Shown piece by piece: positions 1 to 11,311 of a stretch of 64,000 nucleotides of DNA. The stretch lies in assembly GCA_017499595.2 (NCBI GenBank), contig CM039003.1:2356001-2420000 (forward strand), in the 5' to 3' direction. Positions within the stretch are counted from its first letter, which is position 1. The number at the start of each line of letters is the position of its first letter. Below the pieces are notes generated by a model. It ran no database searches and was not told the origin of the DNA. It saw only the letters and a program-made list of their open reading frames with translations. Origin of the DNA: Psilocybe cubensis (Eukaryota). Made by a program: the position numbers and the translations under genes.

Positions 1-2220
1 GTGCACCGGTCCCGAGCAATATCGGACAAAGCCAAGAATTTAAAATCCATACAAATTAACTGAATGTATGAAAAATGAGATTTTCCAACCCCACTTTTGC
101 TCGGACCCGTTGTTTCGTATAGAATGGCGCAGGTGATGTACACGCCATCTAACTCAAAAAAATCAGAGTTTGGATAATCCTGCCAGGCTAAAGAAGATAC
201 AATCTAAAATTACCTTCGTACAAAGGCTACTTCACGAAATCGTGGTGAGGTACAGTTATACTGCATTACCCAGCGAGAGCACACACGCGTTTAGGGGCTA
301 CGGCACGTCGCGTCTACCCCTGAGAACGTTCCTATTAAAGTCACGTGTGCGTTCGAGAGAAGTAAAGGGGAATTCAAAAGGTCCACGAACCTAAAAACGC
401 AATGATGCCATTCATTCGGAGTCCATTCCCAGCTTAACACTTTTCTTCTCGAATGGTATTCCGGTACCGCGTTGGCTATTTTTAAACATTGCCGAGCTTG
501 CGTCTCGGTAGCGTCTCGGAGCCTTCAAGTTCGAGCGCCAGCAAGATGGGGTCTGTGTAGAGAGTACGTTAAATATCTGATTTTTGCGAGATCTAACTTG
601 AAATATCCAGTTGCAAGACCTACACGGTAATTGCAAACAACGATTGATTAATGAATTCACCAACACAAGTCCTCCGAGCCTATTCAACTTGAAGTCCCCC
701 CATTCAATTTCACCTACTACGACTCAATTGAAGCGCGTGATTCCTCCTCAAATTCTTCAACTCCACCCATAAATTGAACGCATTGTAAAGTAAAACACAC
801 ACACAGCCTGATTGAATACCCATAGCAAAAAACAACCATTTATTGTCGTTTACATTCCTTCTTCTCCTGCGGCTATTTTTAGAATACGCATCTTTCCACG
901 TATTTTTTATGTTATTTGTTATTTGAGGGTTTGGGGAGGTTGATTCGTTCCCGGTACCGAATATTGGAATGGTTGGATTGAATGGATTGATGATTTAAGA
1001 TTGCATTTGTATGATCGGCCTGCTTGGGCCATTTGAATCCGCCTGTGCTTATTGAGAAAAGTGATCGGTGTGGTATTTATATTGGACGGATGACGTCGTT
1101 TCTTGTGGTATTTTTGGATTTGAGGGTGGTTTTGGAGGATGAAAAAACTTGAAACTGAGGCAGAGAGTACTTGAGTTTTTGATTGGGGGGTTAGTAGGCT
1201 GTAACCACGTTTATCAGGATTCAGAGGGTATCTGTAGCTCTGGTAATTACACAAACCCTCCCACTTTACCGTCACTTTTACAACAACTTGCTTATGAACT
1301 CGAACTCGAGCTCGGTTCACATATCCGGTGTCCCTGTATCGCTTTTATCAGCCTCTATCCCAAGTAGTCCGGTCGCCTTGTAATATTATTATTGAGTGTT
1401 ACATGTGTACTACATATGTTTATGTCAAGGTTCATGATCGCGATAGGGCCTCGTGCCGGAACCACGGATTGTGTGTTATCCTGGTTTATCACTTTTACCT
1501 ACTTGCAGTTACAAGTTTATCCGATTCCGAACGGTGGCTTTTGTATTATTGTAGGCGTGGGCTGACAATTTGAGTTCTGTCGAGGTGTTTTTACTGGTGT
1601 GAATGTAAGGCGTGAATTACAATTTACAGCGTAACGCAGGGAGAGAATTGGTACTGGTATGTACTGGTAATAGTAATATTAAACGATCAGGCAATTAATG
1701 AAGAGCTAATGTCGATAAATATAGAGTCGCTTGTAATGTTAAATTGTTAATAGCAGCAATGCCAGTGCGGATACGGATAGACGCAGACGGTAAATACTCG
1801 TCGATTCTTATGTAGTTGATTTGTTACTGGGTAGAAAAAGCGGGGTTGTGTAATACGACTTTAGTAATTTGCCTTTGTCTAGTGGTGGTTGTAGGAGTAG
1901 GAGTAGGAGTAGTAGAAGGAGTAATCGGTCGGAAGGTGTTGGTTTCTTTGTATGTTGTGTAAGCCCCTGCGATAATATAATATGGGGAAACGCGTCAAAG
2001 TGGTGGATGACATGCTTTTACCTCTGCGTCTGCTGATGCGTGCTGCGATAATTTATTCAAGTATTAATACAAGGTCAGCGTGCAGCCGTACACTGGCACT
2101 TCAACCTTGACACTTTTGATTTTTCGCCTATCTTCGCTGAGCGGTGCTGGTTCATAATTCCCTTTCCCTTTTCGCATTGTGTATATTTGGATTTGGATTT
2201 GGATTTGGATACGGGTTGAG

Positions 2221-3486
2221 ATGCCAGTCGCTGAAATTATGAGATGGGATGTCCCACCCCCACTCCAGCTCCCGCTCCAGCTCCAGCTTCAGGGCGCGGT
2301 AGGAGATGCGTACGAGGAGATAAAGAAATTTGTAAATGGGCTTGGAGGTGTACATGGTGTTCTCGAGTGCGTACTTGCCTACTTTGTTTTGTATAGTTTT
2401 ATGTTTTATGCTGATTCTTCCACGGATCCACTGATGCGTTTTCTCTATTTTATTTTATTTTATTTTATTTTTTTGTGTGGGTTGCGTTTACTATTTATTA
2501 TCTAGCGTGTACGCAGGGATAGCAGAGGAAAATAGGGCGTGGGCGTTTGTGGTCGTAGGTAAGTCCCCTTGCTGTTCTTTGTTCTTTGTGCAGTGTGTAG
2601 TAGTTGTGTTATACTCATTGGTGGTTTTGGATTTGTAGTTTGGGAAACGAGAGCGCATCATGATCGTGCGGTGTATCTACAATCTCAATCTGGACCACCC
2701 ACCCGCACCCGCACGTCCTCGTGCTCGACAACGGAAGTGAAAGTGAAAGCGAAAGTAAAAATAAGAGATATAGTCCAATTTAACAACACACTCACACATG
2801 CGCTGGGTGCGCCGGTGACGGAGGTTGTGTGTGCTGTTATAGGCTCTGGATCTGGCTCGGACGACGGGGATTCAGATGGTGGTGGTGGTAGGGAGAGCTG
2901 GGAGAGCGTGTTGGAGAGAAGGGGGATTGCCAGGGTAGGTGGGAAGAGGGAGAGGGAGAGGGAGAGGTTGTATGAAGTTTGGGAGGGGCTTACGGGGAGG
3001 CTTGTAGGTCTTGTTTCTGGTTCTGGTTCTGGTTCTGGGGAGAGAGTGAGACTGGGAATGGGAACGAGTGGACCTGCGAGCTGGGGCCGCGGGGTCCCTG
3101 TCATCTGTAATCCAACCCACCGCGACACAGACTCGGATGCAGAATACTTGGAGGACGAGGAGGGGGAGGGGGAAGAGAGGAATTGGCTGGTCCTTGGGTG
3201 GGCTAGTAAACAAGTACGTGATCGTACATCTGCATCATCATGATCCGTGACACTGTCTTACTTACTACTATCTACTGTCCTCCGTCTCCGAACCTACTTA
3301 TCAATTTATTGGTTTACTGGTATGCTTATTAAAACCGCTACGCGTGTTAAACGCTACCAGGCGCACTATGACACGGTCCGAGCGGACAGCGCAGCGTGCG
3401 CGCCGCTTATACGCGCGTTAGATGGGGTGTTGTGTAGGAAGACTATTGTGCATGTGAAGTTTCAGCGGGCGCGGGCGGCTGGGTAG
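2221..3486 (+). CDS. ABM-like (dimeric alpha/beta barrel) protein, 4 exons
   Basis: Exons about 2221-2366, 2506-2558, 2639-3213, 3361-3486 joined by GT-AG introns. The product reads MPVAEIMRWD...VYAGIAEENRAWAFVVVVWETRAHH...ALGAPVTEVV...LVLGWASKQAHY...HVKF. The paired W-x(4-5)-H motifs and AP.TEV are typical of the two-domain fungal ABM-like family. Intron phases match the paralog at 38170-38970. Confidence 0.7.
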
Positions 3487-3897
3487 GAGAGGGGAGTGGG
3501 TTTTGTGGTTTTTTTAGTTGGGTTGGTTGGTTGTGGGTGCCTGCGTGATTCAGAGAGTGTATAGATATATATCGTCCGGATGATATCAATAGCCGGTACT
3601 CGTAAATGTAAATGTATATTGTATGAATGTTTGCTAGTTGTATGATACGATATGATATGATATGATTATAATAATGCGCTGCGCTCGCTGCGACGCGACG
3701 CGACGCGTCCTGATCGTAATTACAATTAAATCACGTGCTGCTGACTGGCGATTCGAATTGATTGGGGCGATTCATGATTCACGGTAATTTGACAGCGAAC
3801 ACCCAGCGCTTTTCCAACTTTTGGCTCGAAGCTCGACCTAGGTAAAACGGTGATTTTCAGGTACTTGTTACATAACATACGACATACGGCATATAAC

Positions 3898-5447
3898 ATG
3901 GCGAGCATACCACCCACGACGAGTTCGAGTTCGGGTTTGAGTTCCCAAATCCCGCCATGTGCCAGTGCATCCGAGCCGAAGCAGATACCGTCTATCGCTC
4001 TCTCGGTAGATGTGAAGGGAAAGGAGTCTGTTATCACGGCGGAAGCGGAAGCGGAACCGACGATGGCATTGCTAGGTGCAGTCAAGGATCAGGAATCAGA
4101 TTCGGAGGGGGATGAAAAGGCGCTAGTAGATCATCTCGGACTTGACGCGCGGTGCAGGATTGTGGTCGTGTCATCGTCGATAAATGCTGCGCGGGCGTTT
4201 GTGGATAGTGAGTACTGAGTTTTTTGTCTTTTGCTTCGTTCATGGAGCGATTGAATGAATGAATTTATTCTGATTTACTGATTTACATTGTGTCGTATTT
4301 ACAGGTGTGATTGCGCTCTCAGGGGGCGAGATGGCGAGTAGCGACAAAGCTACAGATAAAGAGAAAGATGCAGAAAAGGAGCCAAAGACGCCTACCGCTG
4401 CGTCGACTGAGCCGGTGGTGATCCCGCACACACTCACGAACCGGTATTATACGGCGCAGGTACACTTTGCGGTGTACACATGCGCAGGGCTGGGGCGTGT
4501 ACTTGGAGCAAAGGAGGGGGAGGGGGAGGAGGATATGCCGCTGTTCAAGTCGGAGGTGGGGGAGGGCGGGGTGGATGTTGGGTTCAAGAGGGAGTTTGCA
4601 GAGGAGTTTGACGGTGGGAGTGGGAGTGAGATAACGCGGGCACCGGGGGTGGTGTATGTGTGGGCTGATGGCGAGGTAAGGATACGCGTCTTTGTGGGTG
4701 ATGATAGTGCTAATGGGGATATAGGGAGAATATTGGAAGGAACTTGGCGGGGTTGTGAGGGGGATGGAGAGGGTGGGGTGGGAGGCAGAGGTGTGTCTTG
4801 CTGTGCGGGTGGGCAAGGGGGGCGGGGAGGATGATGAAGATGTGGATGGGGTTGTGATGGGGCATGGGTTTGAGTATGTGGATGGGAGAGAGGAGGCGGG
4901 TGGGGATGGGGACGAGGGCGATGTGGGGCGGCTGCCGCGGGTGGTGGACGCGCTGAGCACGGTCATGTGGGTCAGCATGCAGTCCAAGGGTAAGGTGAAC
5001 AGTCACACTGTGGACGCAGAGCGCGACGGGATTATGCGGGAGCTGCTCGATGCAGAGGAGGAGGAGACAGAGCGCGTGATGGAGCGGGACATGCTGACTC
5101 CGTTTGGACGCGTCGGCGCCCTCGGCCGCAAGGTGTCGCTCGGCTTTGAGGACGAGTTTGTGCCGGGCGGATACCGCTCACTGGGCTCTGACTTTGGAGG
5201 CAGCGAGGGGTATCCAGAGCTGGATGAGGTTGACGACTGGGATGAGCCGACTCAGGAGGAGATCGAGGAGACCGCCGGCCGGCTGTTCGGGGGGTTCCGG
5301 AAGGCGCCAGAGGGCATCGATCTGAGCTCGGTGCTGGAGAGTCTGCAGTCAGTCAAGAGCGACATTGCAGCTCTACCAGACGGGGAGCGCAGAAAGATGG
5401 CGGCGCGCGTAGCACTCGGCCTCGCGTATGGACTGGATATAGAATGA
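3898..5447 (+). CDS. Alpha/gamma-adaptin-binding protein p34 (AAGAB / Irc6-like)
   Basis: Three exons (3898-4207, 4304-4675, 4725-5447) join in frame. Motifs HTLTNRYYTAQVHF, FEYVD, GRLPRVVDALSTVMW and C-terminal LQSVKSDIAALPDGERRKMAARVAL match my recollection of the p34/Irc6 family. Confidence 0.7.
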
Positions 5448-5551
5448 AATTAAATATTAATATCATGGGAAATGCCGTGATTTTTTTATTAAGTCATGTC
5501 ATCGGTTTTTTACGCTTCTCCTTGTTTGTTGTCGACTTTGGGGGATGTGAG

Positions 5552-8500
5552 ATGCTCGATAACGCTAGCCCTCTTCCACACCGCTCCATCAGGAAGCAGA
5601 CTTCTGCTTACTCTCTGCCATCTGCCGCCAACTCGGCAGACAACCTCCCGCCTCTCGCTGCACGACCACATCCCCCTCTGCCCCTTACCCACCCCCACCC
5701 CCATCCTCACCACCCACACCCCCACCCACCGTTCCTCGCACGCAAACTAAAGTCCCCCACACGCCCCTCCACCGCCGACAGCGCCCTCGCTCCAAGCATA
5801 ATGGCCCCCAGCGTCGCCTCCGCCGCCTCCGTCCCCTCCTCCACCACAAGCCGCGAGCGCCTCGCCGTCACCCCGTGGGAGTTCCAGTCCCTCCAGGAGG
5901 ACTCGGAGCGCGAGCTGCCCGTTCCGACTGAACCCCCGCCGTCCCTCGTCCGCCGCGCACCCCTCCCCGCGCGCAAGGGGGGGATGGGGGTGGGGATGAT
6001 GGGGAAAGGGGCTGATGCGATTGAGGAGACGGGCACGGGCACGGTGGAGGATGTTACACCTTGGGAGATGTATGCTGCCCCGTCGCCTGTCCCCACTCCG
6101 CCTTTGCCCTCGCTGCCTGTGGGTGTGGGTGTGTCGACTACGTCGCTGGATAGTCAGAGCCAGGATCGTGCGAGTGTCGGTGCGAGTAAGAGTACGAGGG
6201 GGTCTGGCCCGGGCCCAGGTGCGCTGGGTATGGTGTACCTCCCATCTTCCACATCCGCACATACATCCACATCAACCCCCGTATCAGCGTCAGCGGCGGC
6301 GGCGAGCCGCGCGCGCAGCGGTACAGACGCGAGCACCAGCACAACGCACTCGGCAATGTCCACTTCGAACCGCTCTATCGCGTCCGCGTCTTCTGCGTCT
6401 AATCTCTCCAGTCTATCCGCCGGGAGCGGGGGTGGGGGTGGTGTGGGCGATCAGCATACCACCGGGAGCGGTGTGAGTTTGACTGGGAGTGCCGCGAGTG
6501 TAAGTGGGAGTGTCGCGAGTGTAACTGGGAGCGGGGCAAGTGCGAGCGGGAGTGGGAGTGGGAGTGTGAACATGCCGACGCCTACACCGTACACACTTGG
6601 ATTTTTGGGGATTGGAAAGGTGTTACATCGGGATCGGGATCGCGAGAGGAAGGAGAAGGAGAAGGAGAGAGATAAAGATAGGGAGAAGGACAAAGAAAAG
6701 GACAGGGAGAAAGATAAAGAGAGGGACAGGGAAAAGGAGAAGGAGAAGGAGAAAGACAAGGAGAAAGCGAAAGGACAGGGGTCCAGTATCGGGATTGGGA
6801 TAGGATACGGCCATCAGGGGCGCGCGTCTACGGCTGTGTTCGCTCGTCGCCCGCGCGCTAATTCGTATCAGAGTCATGGGCAGAGTCAAGCGCAAGGGCA
6901 AGCGCAAGCGCAAGGTCGGTGTTTGCATTTTCTCGATATATGTTATGAGCGTTTTCTAATGTTCTCATTTTTTCTTTTTTTTCTTGTTTAACAAAACTTT
7001 TATCTATCGAATGGTATATGGGTTTTGACATACACAAGATGTACAAGCACAAACTTCTATCGACCTCAACCTCGACCTCGACCTTGACCTCGAATCCGTC
7101 AACACGACCCTCAGCGGCGGACTCGGACTCGGTAGCGCATCGCGTTCCACAACACTTCTCCCCTCGTCCTTCCCTTCCTCCTTCCCCCACGCGCACGCGC
7201 ATCATCCACACCCACACCTCCAACATAATTTGAATCAGAATTCAAATCAGTATAGACCCTCGTCGAGCCATACCACTATGACTGTCACACCGTCCACTGT
7301 CGGTGCGAGCAGGAGTGGGAGTGCGAGTAGGAGTGCGAGCAGGAGTGGAAGTGGAAGTGGAAGTGGGAGTAGAGGAGGGAGCGGGAGTAATACGCCTACG
7401 GCGGGCGGGACGCGGCCTTCTACTGCTACGTCCGTGTCGAGCGCTGGTATGTCTGGTGCTATGTCTGGTGGGTATGGGCATGCGCATGCGCATGGGTATG
7501 GACATGGGTATGCAGAGCAAGAGAAAGAGAAAGCCATGGAGCGAGATCAGGACGCGATATTGACGCCTACGACGCCCTACTCGGCTGTGGCGGCTGTGGC
7601 GATGGGTGTATCGTATTCGGGCGGGTCGAGTGTGAGTTATTCGTCGTCGGTGTCTGGGTCTGGGTTGTCTAGCGCTGGTTTATCTGGTGTCGGTGGCGTC
7701 GGTGTCGGAGGAGGAGGAAGTGGGATGCAAATGCAATCGGTTGTAACGAAGAGCTCTGCGTATTCTATCGCCTCCTCTGCCTCCGCGGCGGGTATGGGTG
7801 CGGGCGCGGGTATGGGTGCGGGTATGGGAACGAGTGTGAGCACGGGGAGTGTAGAGGATGTTGTGCCTTGGGAGCTTATGCCTGGGCCGCCTCCTCTCCC
7901 TGCACCTGTGCCTGTTGGACATGGTGGGCTGCAAAGACATGATGCGGCGAGTGTCAAGTCTGGGAAGGAGAGAGATAAGAAAGAAAGAGAGAAGGAGAAG
8001 GAGAAGGAAAGAGAGAAGGAGAAAGACAAGGAGAAAGAGAAAAGAGCATCTCGAAAATCACTCGTTGCGGCGCTAGCCTCATCCTCCAGCGTTAATATAT
8101 CCGGCAACGTATCTGGCAGCGGGAGTACTGGTGCGGGTGGGAGTACGGGTGCAGGTGGGAGTGGGAGTCATAGAGCGCCGAGCATCGTCGCGTCGCTTGC
8201 GAGCGGCGTGGGGAGTGGTTTCAGCGGTGGGATGAGTGGTGTAAGCGGTGGAGTGGGTATGACGGGTCCGAAGGAGGAAGTTACGCCTTGGGAGCTTGAG
8301 GAGGTGTTACCGCCTCCGCCTCCTCCGCCGGTGCCTGCGCTGCCTTTGGGTTCTTCGGCGTCGATAGCAAGTGGAGGTGGAGGTGGAGGTGGGGATGGTG
8401 TTGCAGCGGGAGGAGACGCGACTGTTAGAGGACGCGAGAGGATCATTTCGACTGCTGCTGTGCCGACTTCTACGCCTCTTCCTGTTCCTGTTCCTGTTCC

Positions 8501-8933
8501 TGTTCCCGTTCCCGTTCCTGCATATGCACATGCTACAACGGCTGGCGACACGACGGAGGAAGATAGGGAGAGGATGTTACATCATTCGCAGTCGCAGTCG
8601 CAGTCGCAGTTGCAGTCGCAGTTGTTGTCGCAGTCGCCTCCTCGTGTGTCGGGGTATACTAGTGTGACGTCGTCGCCGGAGATGAGCCCTGGCAAGCAGC
8701 GCAAGCAGAGCGCGAGCCAGAATCAGGGTACCAACAACGTCAACAGCAACAACATCAGTAGCAGCAATAGCACTAACAGTAACAGCGGCGGCGGCAAGAG
8801 CACGAGCACCGGCACCGGCACCGGGACGACGAAACGCGCAAGAGGATCGATGACGCGCGAGCAGATGGAGGAGGTTATGCCTTGGGAGCTGTATCCTGAG
8901 AAGGAGGAGGAGGGGGATGGGATGGAGGGGGAG
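5552..8933 (+). CDS. Low-complexity Ser/Gly/Pro/charged coding exons with five V-x-P-W-E motifs; probably the 5' part of the downstream methyltransferase gene
   Basis: Exon 5552-6914, intron 6915-7038 (GTCGGT...TTGAC...AAG) and exon 7039-8933 give continuous reading (QAQAQ|DVQAQTS...). The second exon ends at a strong phase-0 donor, GAG|GTGAGT at 8934, with no stop before it. Confidence 0.7.
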
Positions 8934-11311
8934 GTGAGTTTGTTTTCTTTTTTTTTTTGGTTTAGGTTTGGGTTTGGGTTTGCGTGGTTTTTTGGGGTTG
9001 GGTGGTTTTTGGTTGTGTGCTTCTCTTCTTTTCATTTTACTTTCTTTCGTGTCAGTTCGTTGTATTTCATTTCATATCGTGTCGTTTCGTGTCGCGTCGT
9101 GTCATTTCATTTCATTTCATTTATATTGCCTGACACTTTTTTCTATTTCCCTCTTCTTCGACTTCTATTTTCCATTTTCTGTCTTTCCATTTGGGGGCTG
9201 GGTTGGTTTGTGGGGGTGACTTGACGCGCGACAAGCAACGGCCGACGGCTTCTTTTTTCTATTTCTCTGTTCTCTGTTCTGTGGTTTTCTTCTATTATAT
9301 GCTTCGTTGACGTTGACGCGTTATATCATCTTCCTTCCTTGGACGGACGCGTTATCTCTGCTCTGTTTCCTTGGATGCGAAACGCGTTAACACCGCGTCT
9401 GCGCCTTCATTTCACTTTTTTGTCTTTTCATCTTTTCGCGTGGTGTGTCGTGCACGTGGCGGGCGGGGCGGGGTCGGTGTCGGTGCCTTGCTACGTAGCA
9501 CTAGCACGCGTACGAGTGCGCAGATGCACGCGCTGGGCTGGGAGCAGGAGCAGGAGCAGGAGGATGGCTTAGCCGCCGAGCGTTTTTTTGCTATTTTTCT
9601 TTTTTCTCGGTTGCTTGGATATGGGTTTTGGGTATTTTGTTATTTGTCCATTTTTTTGGCTTGCCATACACCGTTTTACCGTTTGTAAATTGTCGGTGGG
9701 TGGTTGGGTCTGTGTGGGTTGGAACATTGTTGGTTGGGGCTTCTCGTGGTGGTGGTGGTCTGGGCCCTATTATGATTTATCATTTTTGTGCGCGCTCGTT
9801 CGTTGTTTTTTTTTGCTCGTTGGTTGCGTCGCGTCGTGTTGCGTTGGTTTCGGAGGCTTTTGAGGGGGTCGGAGGGATGATCGATCATCGTGTGATGTGA
9901 ACGTTGGATTTGTCGATTTTTTGATTTTTGATTTGTCGATTTCGAAGGATGACGATCTTTCGAAGTTTCGAAGCTTCGAAGTGAAGTGAGGGAAGTGCGA
10001 TTGAGTCGACTTCTTTTTCTTGGAATTTTGTTATGATGTGATGTGAGGAGGGAAGTGGGGGTGGGGTAGGATAGGGTAGCGGTTTTCTTCACTTGGGTTT
10101 TTTTTGTTTTTTTTTTTTTGTCGTTTGTGGATGTGGGTCTAGTCACGATCGACCTCCACACCGCACTTGGGGTGGCGTTATATTGTGGGTTTGGCTAGAC
10201 CTGGCTTTTAGGGGCGAGTGTTGTCGGTGTCGGTTTGATACGCCGTTCCGGTTGTTAAACTTGTGTGTGTTTTTGCTTGTGTGCGCGCGGTTCGGTTCCG
10301 CATCCAGCTTGTGGCGATTGTTGACCGTTTGTTCATGTTCATGTTCTGTCCATTTTTCATTGCCTTTTTTCACCCTTTTCGCTCTTTTACGCTGCATGCC
10401 ATGACTTGTAGGCTTGTACCTTGTCGTGGCGCGCGCGTTGTACGTTGTGGGTACCTTCCCGGTATGGTTACAGCACTACCACGCGGATGGATGACGAGCG
10501 GAAACGGAAGCGGTTCCATTCGTTATTTTTATCATCCGTTGGTATTGCCTGATCCCAACTTATTTTTTGCTGTGTTGTTCAGATGTCCATGTCCTCCCCG
10601 ATAATCCGCTTCCTTTTCCTTTCCTTCTATTTTATATATTCAAAGTTCTTTCCTCATTTTTGGTTTTTCCCTTTTTTTCTTGTCTTCTCTCACTGATGTT
10701 CGAATTTGCGGTTTGCTGACGAAATTGGTTTTTTTTCTATTTCTTTTTTCCACTTGGCTTGTTGATACTCGTACCACTCTGTGGCATATCATCTCGAAAC
10801 CGACAAAATCGACCTCCACCACCCGATTGACCGAACGATTGACCGAACGACCTCGTGTTCCGCCTTATTTGGCAATTGAATTGAATTTGGATTGATATCA
10901 TCCCTCGACGCTTGTTCTGCCACACACACCACCATTTGTCGGGGCTGGAATTGGCATCTGAATCTTTGTAATTTCCGCATTGCCTTTCGACTGCCACTAC
11001 CACCACCACCCACTACTACTACTTTTTGTACGTGGCGCTGTTAACACACATCTATACATACACCCTCCATCATCGACAACGACATCTATCTGGTCCCCAT
11101 CATTACATTATCACGACCGCCATCACTATCATATTCATCGCCCTCAACCGGCCCCATCATCACTTGAACGAAATCTTTTCGTTCTTATTCTTACTTTGCA
11201 CCTCGCCCTCCTCACGCTTGCACTTGTTCACGACTCCTACGACTCCTACGACAACCCACGACAACAAAATACATTCCATTAATCACTAATCATCGTTTTA
11301 TAAAATATCAA

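Noticed and set aside
6451-8107. Antisense ORFs with SFSFSLSL or other hydrophobic repeats
   Set aside because: Shadows of GAGAAG-type hexamer repeats on the coding strand.
9950-9982. Heat-shock element (TTCGAA repeats)
   Set aside because: The TTC-GAA spacing does not fit three contiguous inverted nGAAn units; it looks like an 8-bp tandem repeat.
9339-11289. Many short Phe/Leu/Cys-rich or Lys-rich ORFs
   Set aside because: Artefacts of T-rich, stop-poor intron-like sequence; no recognisable motifs.
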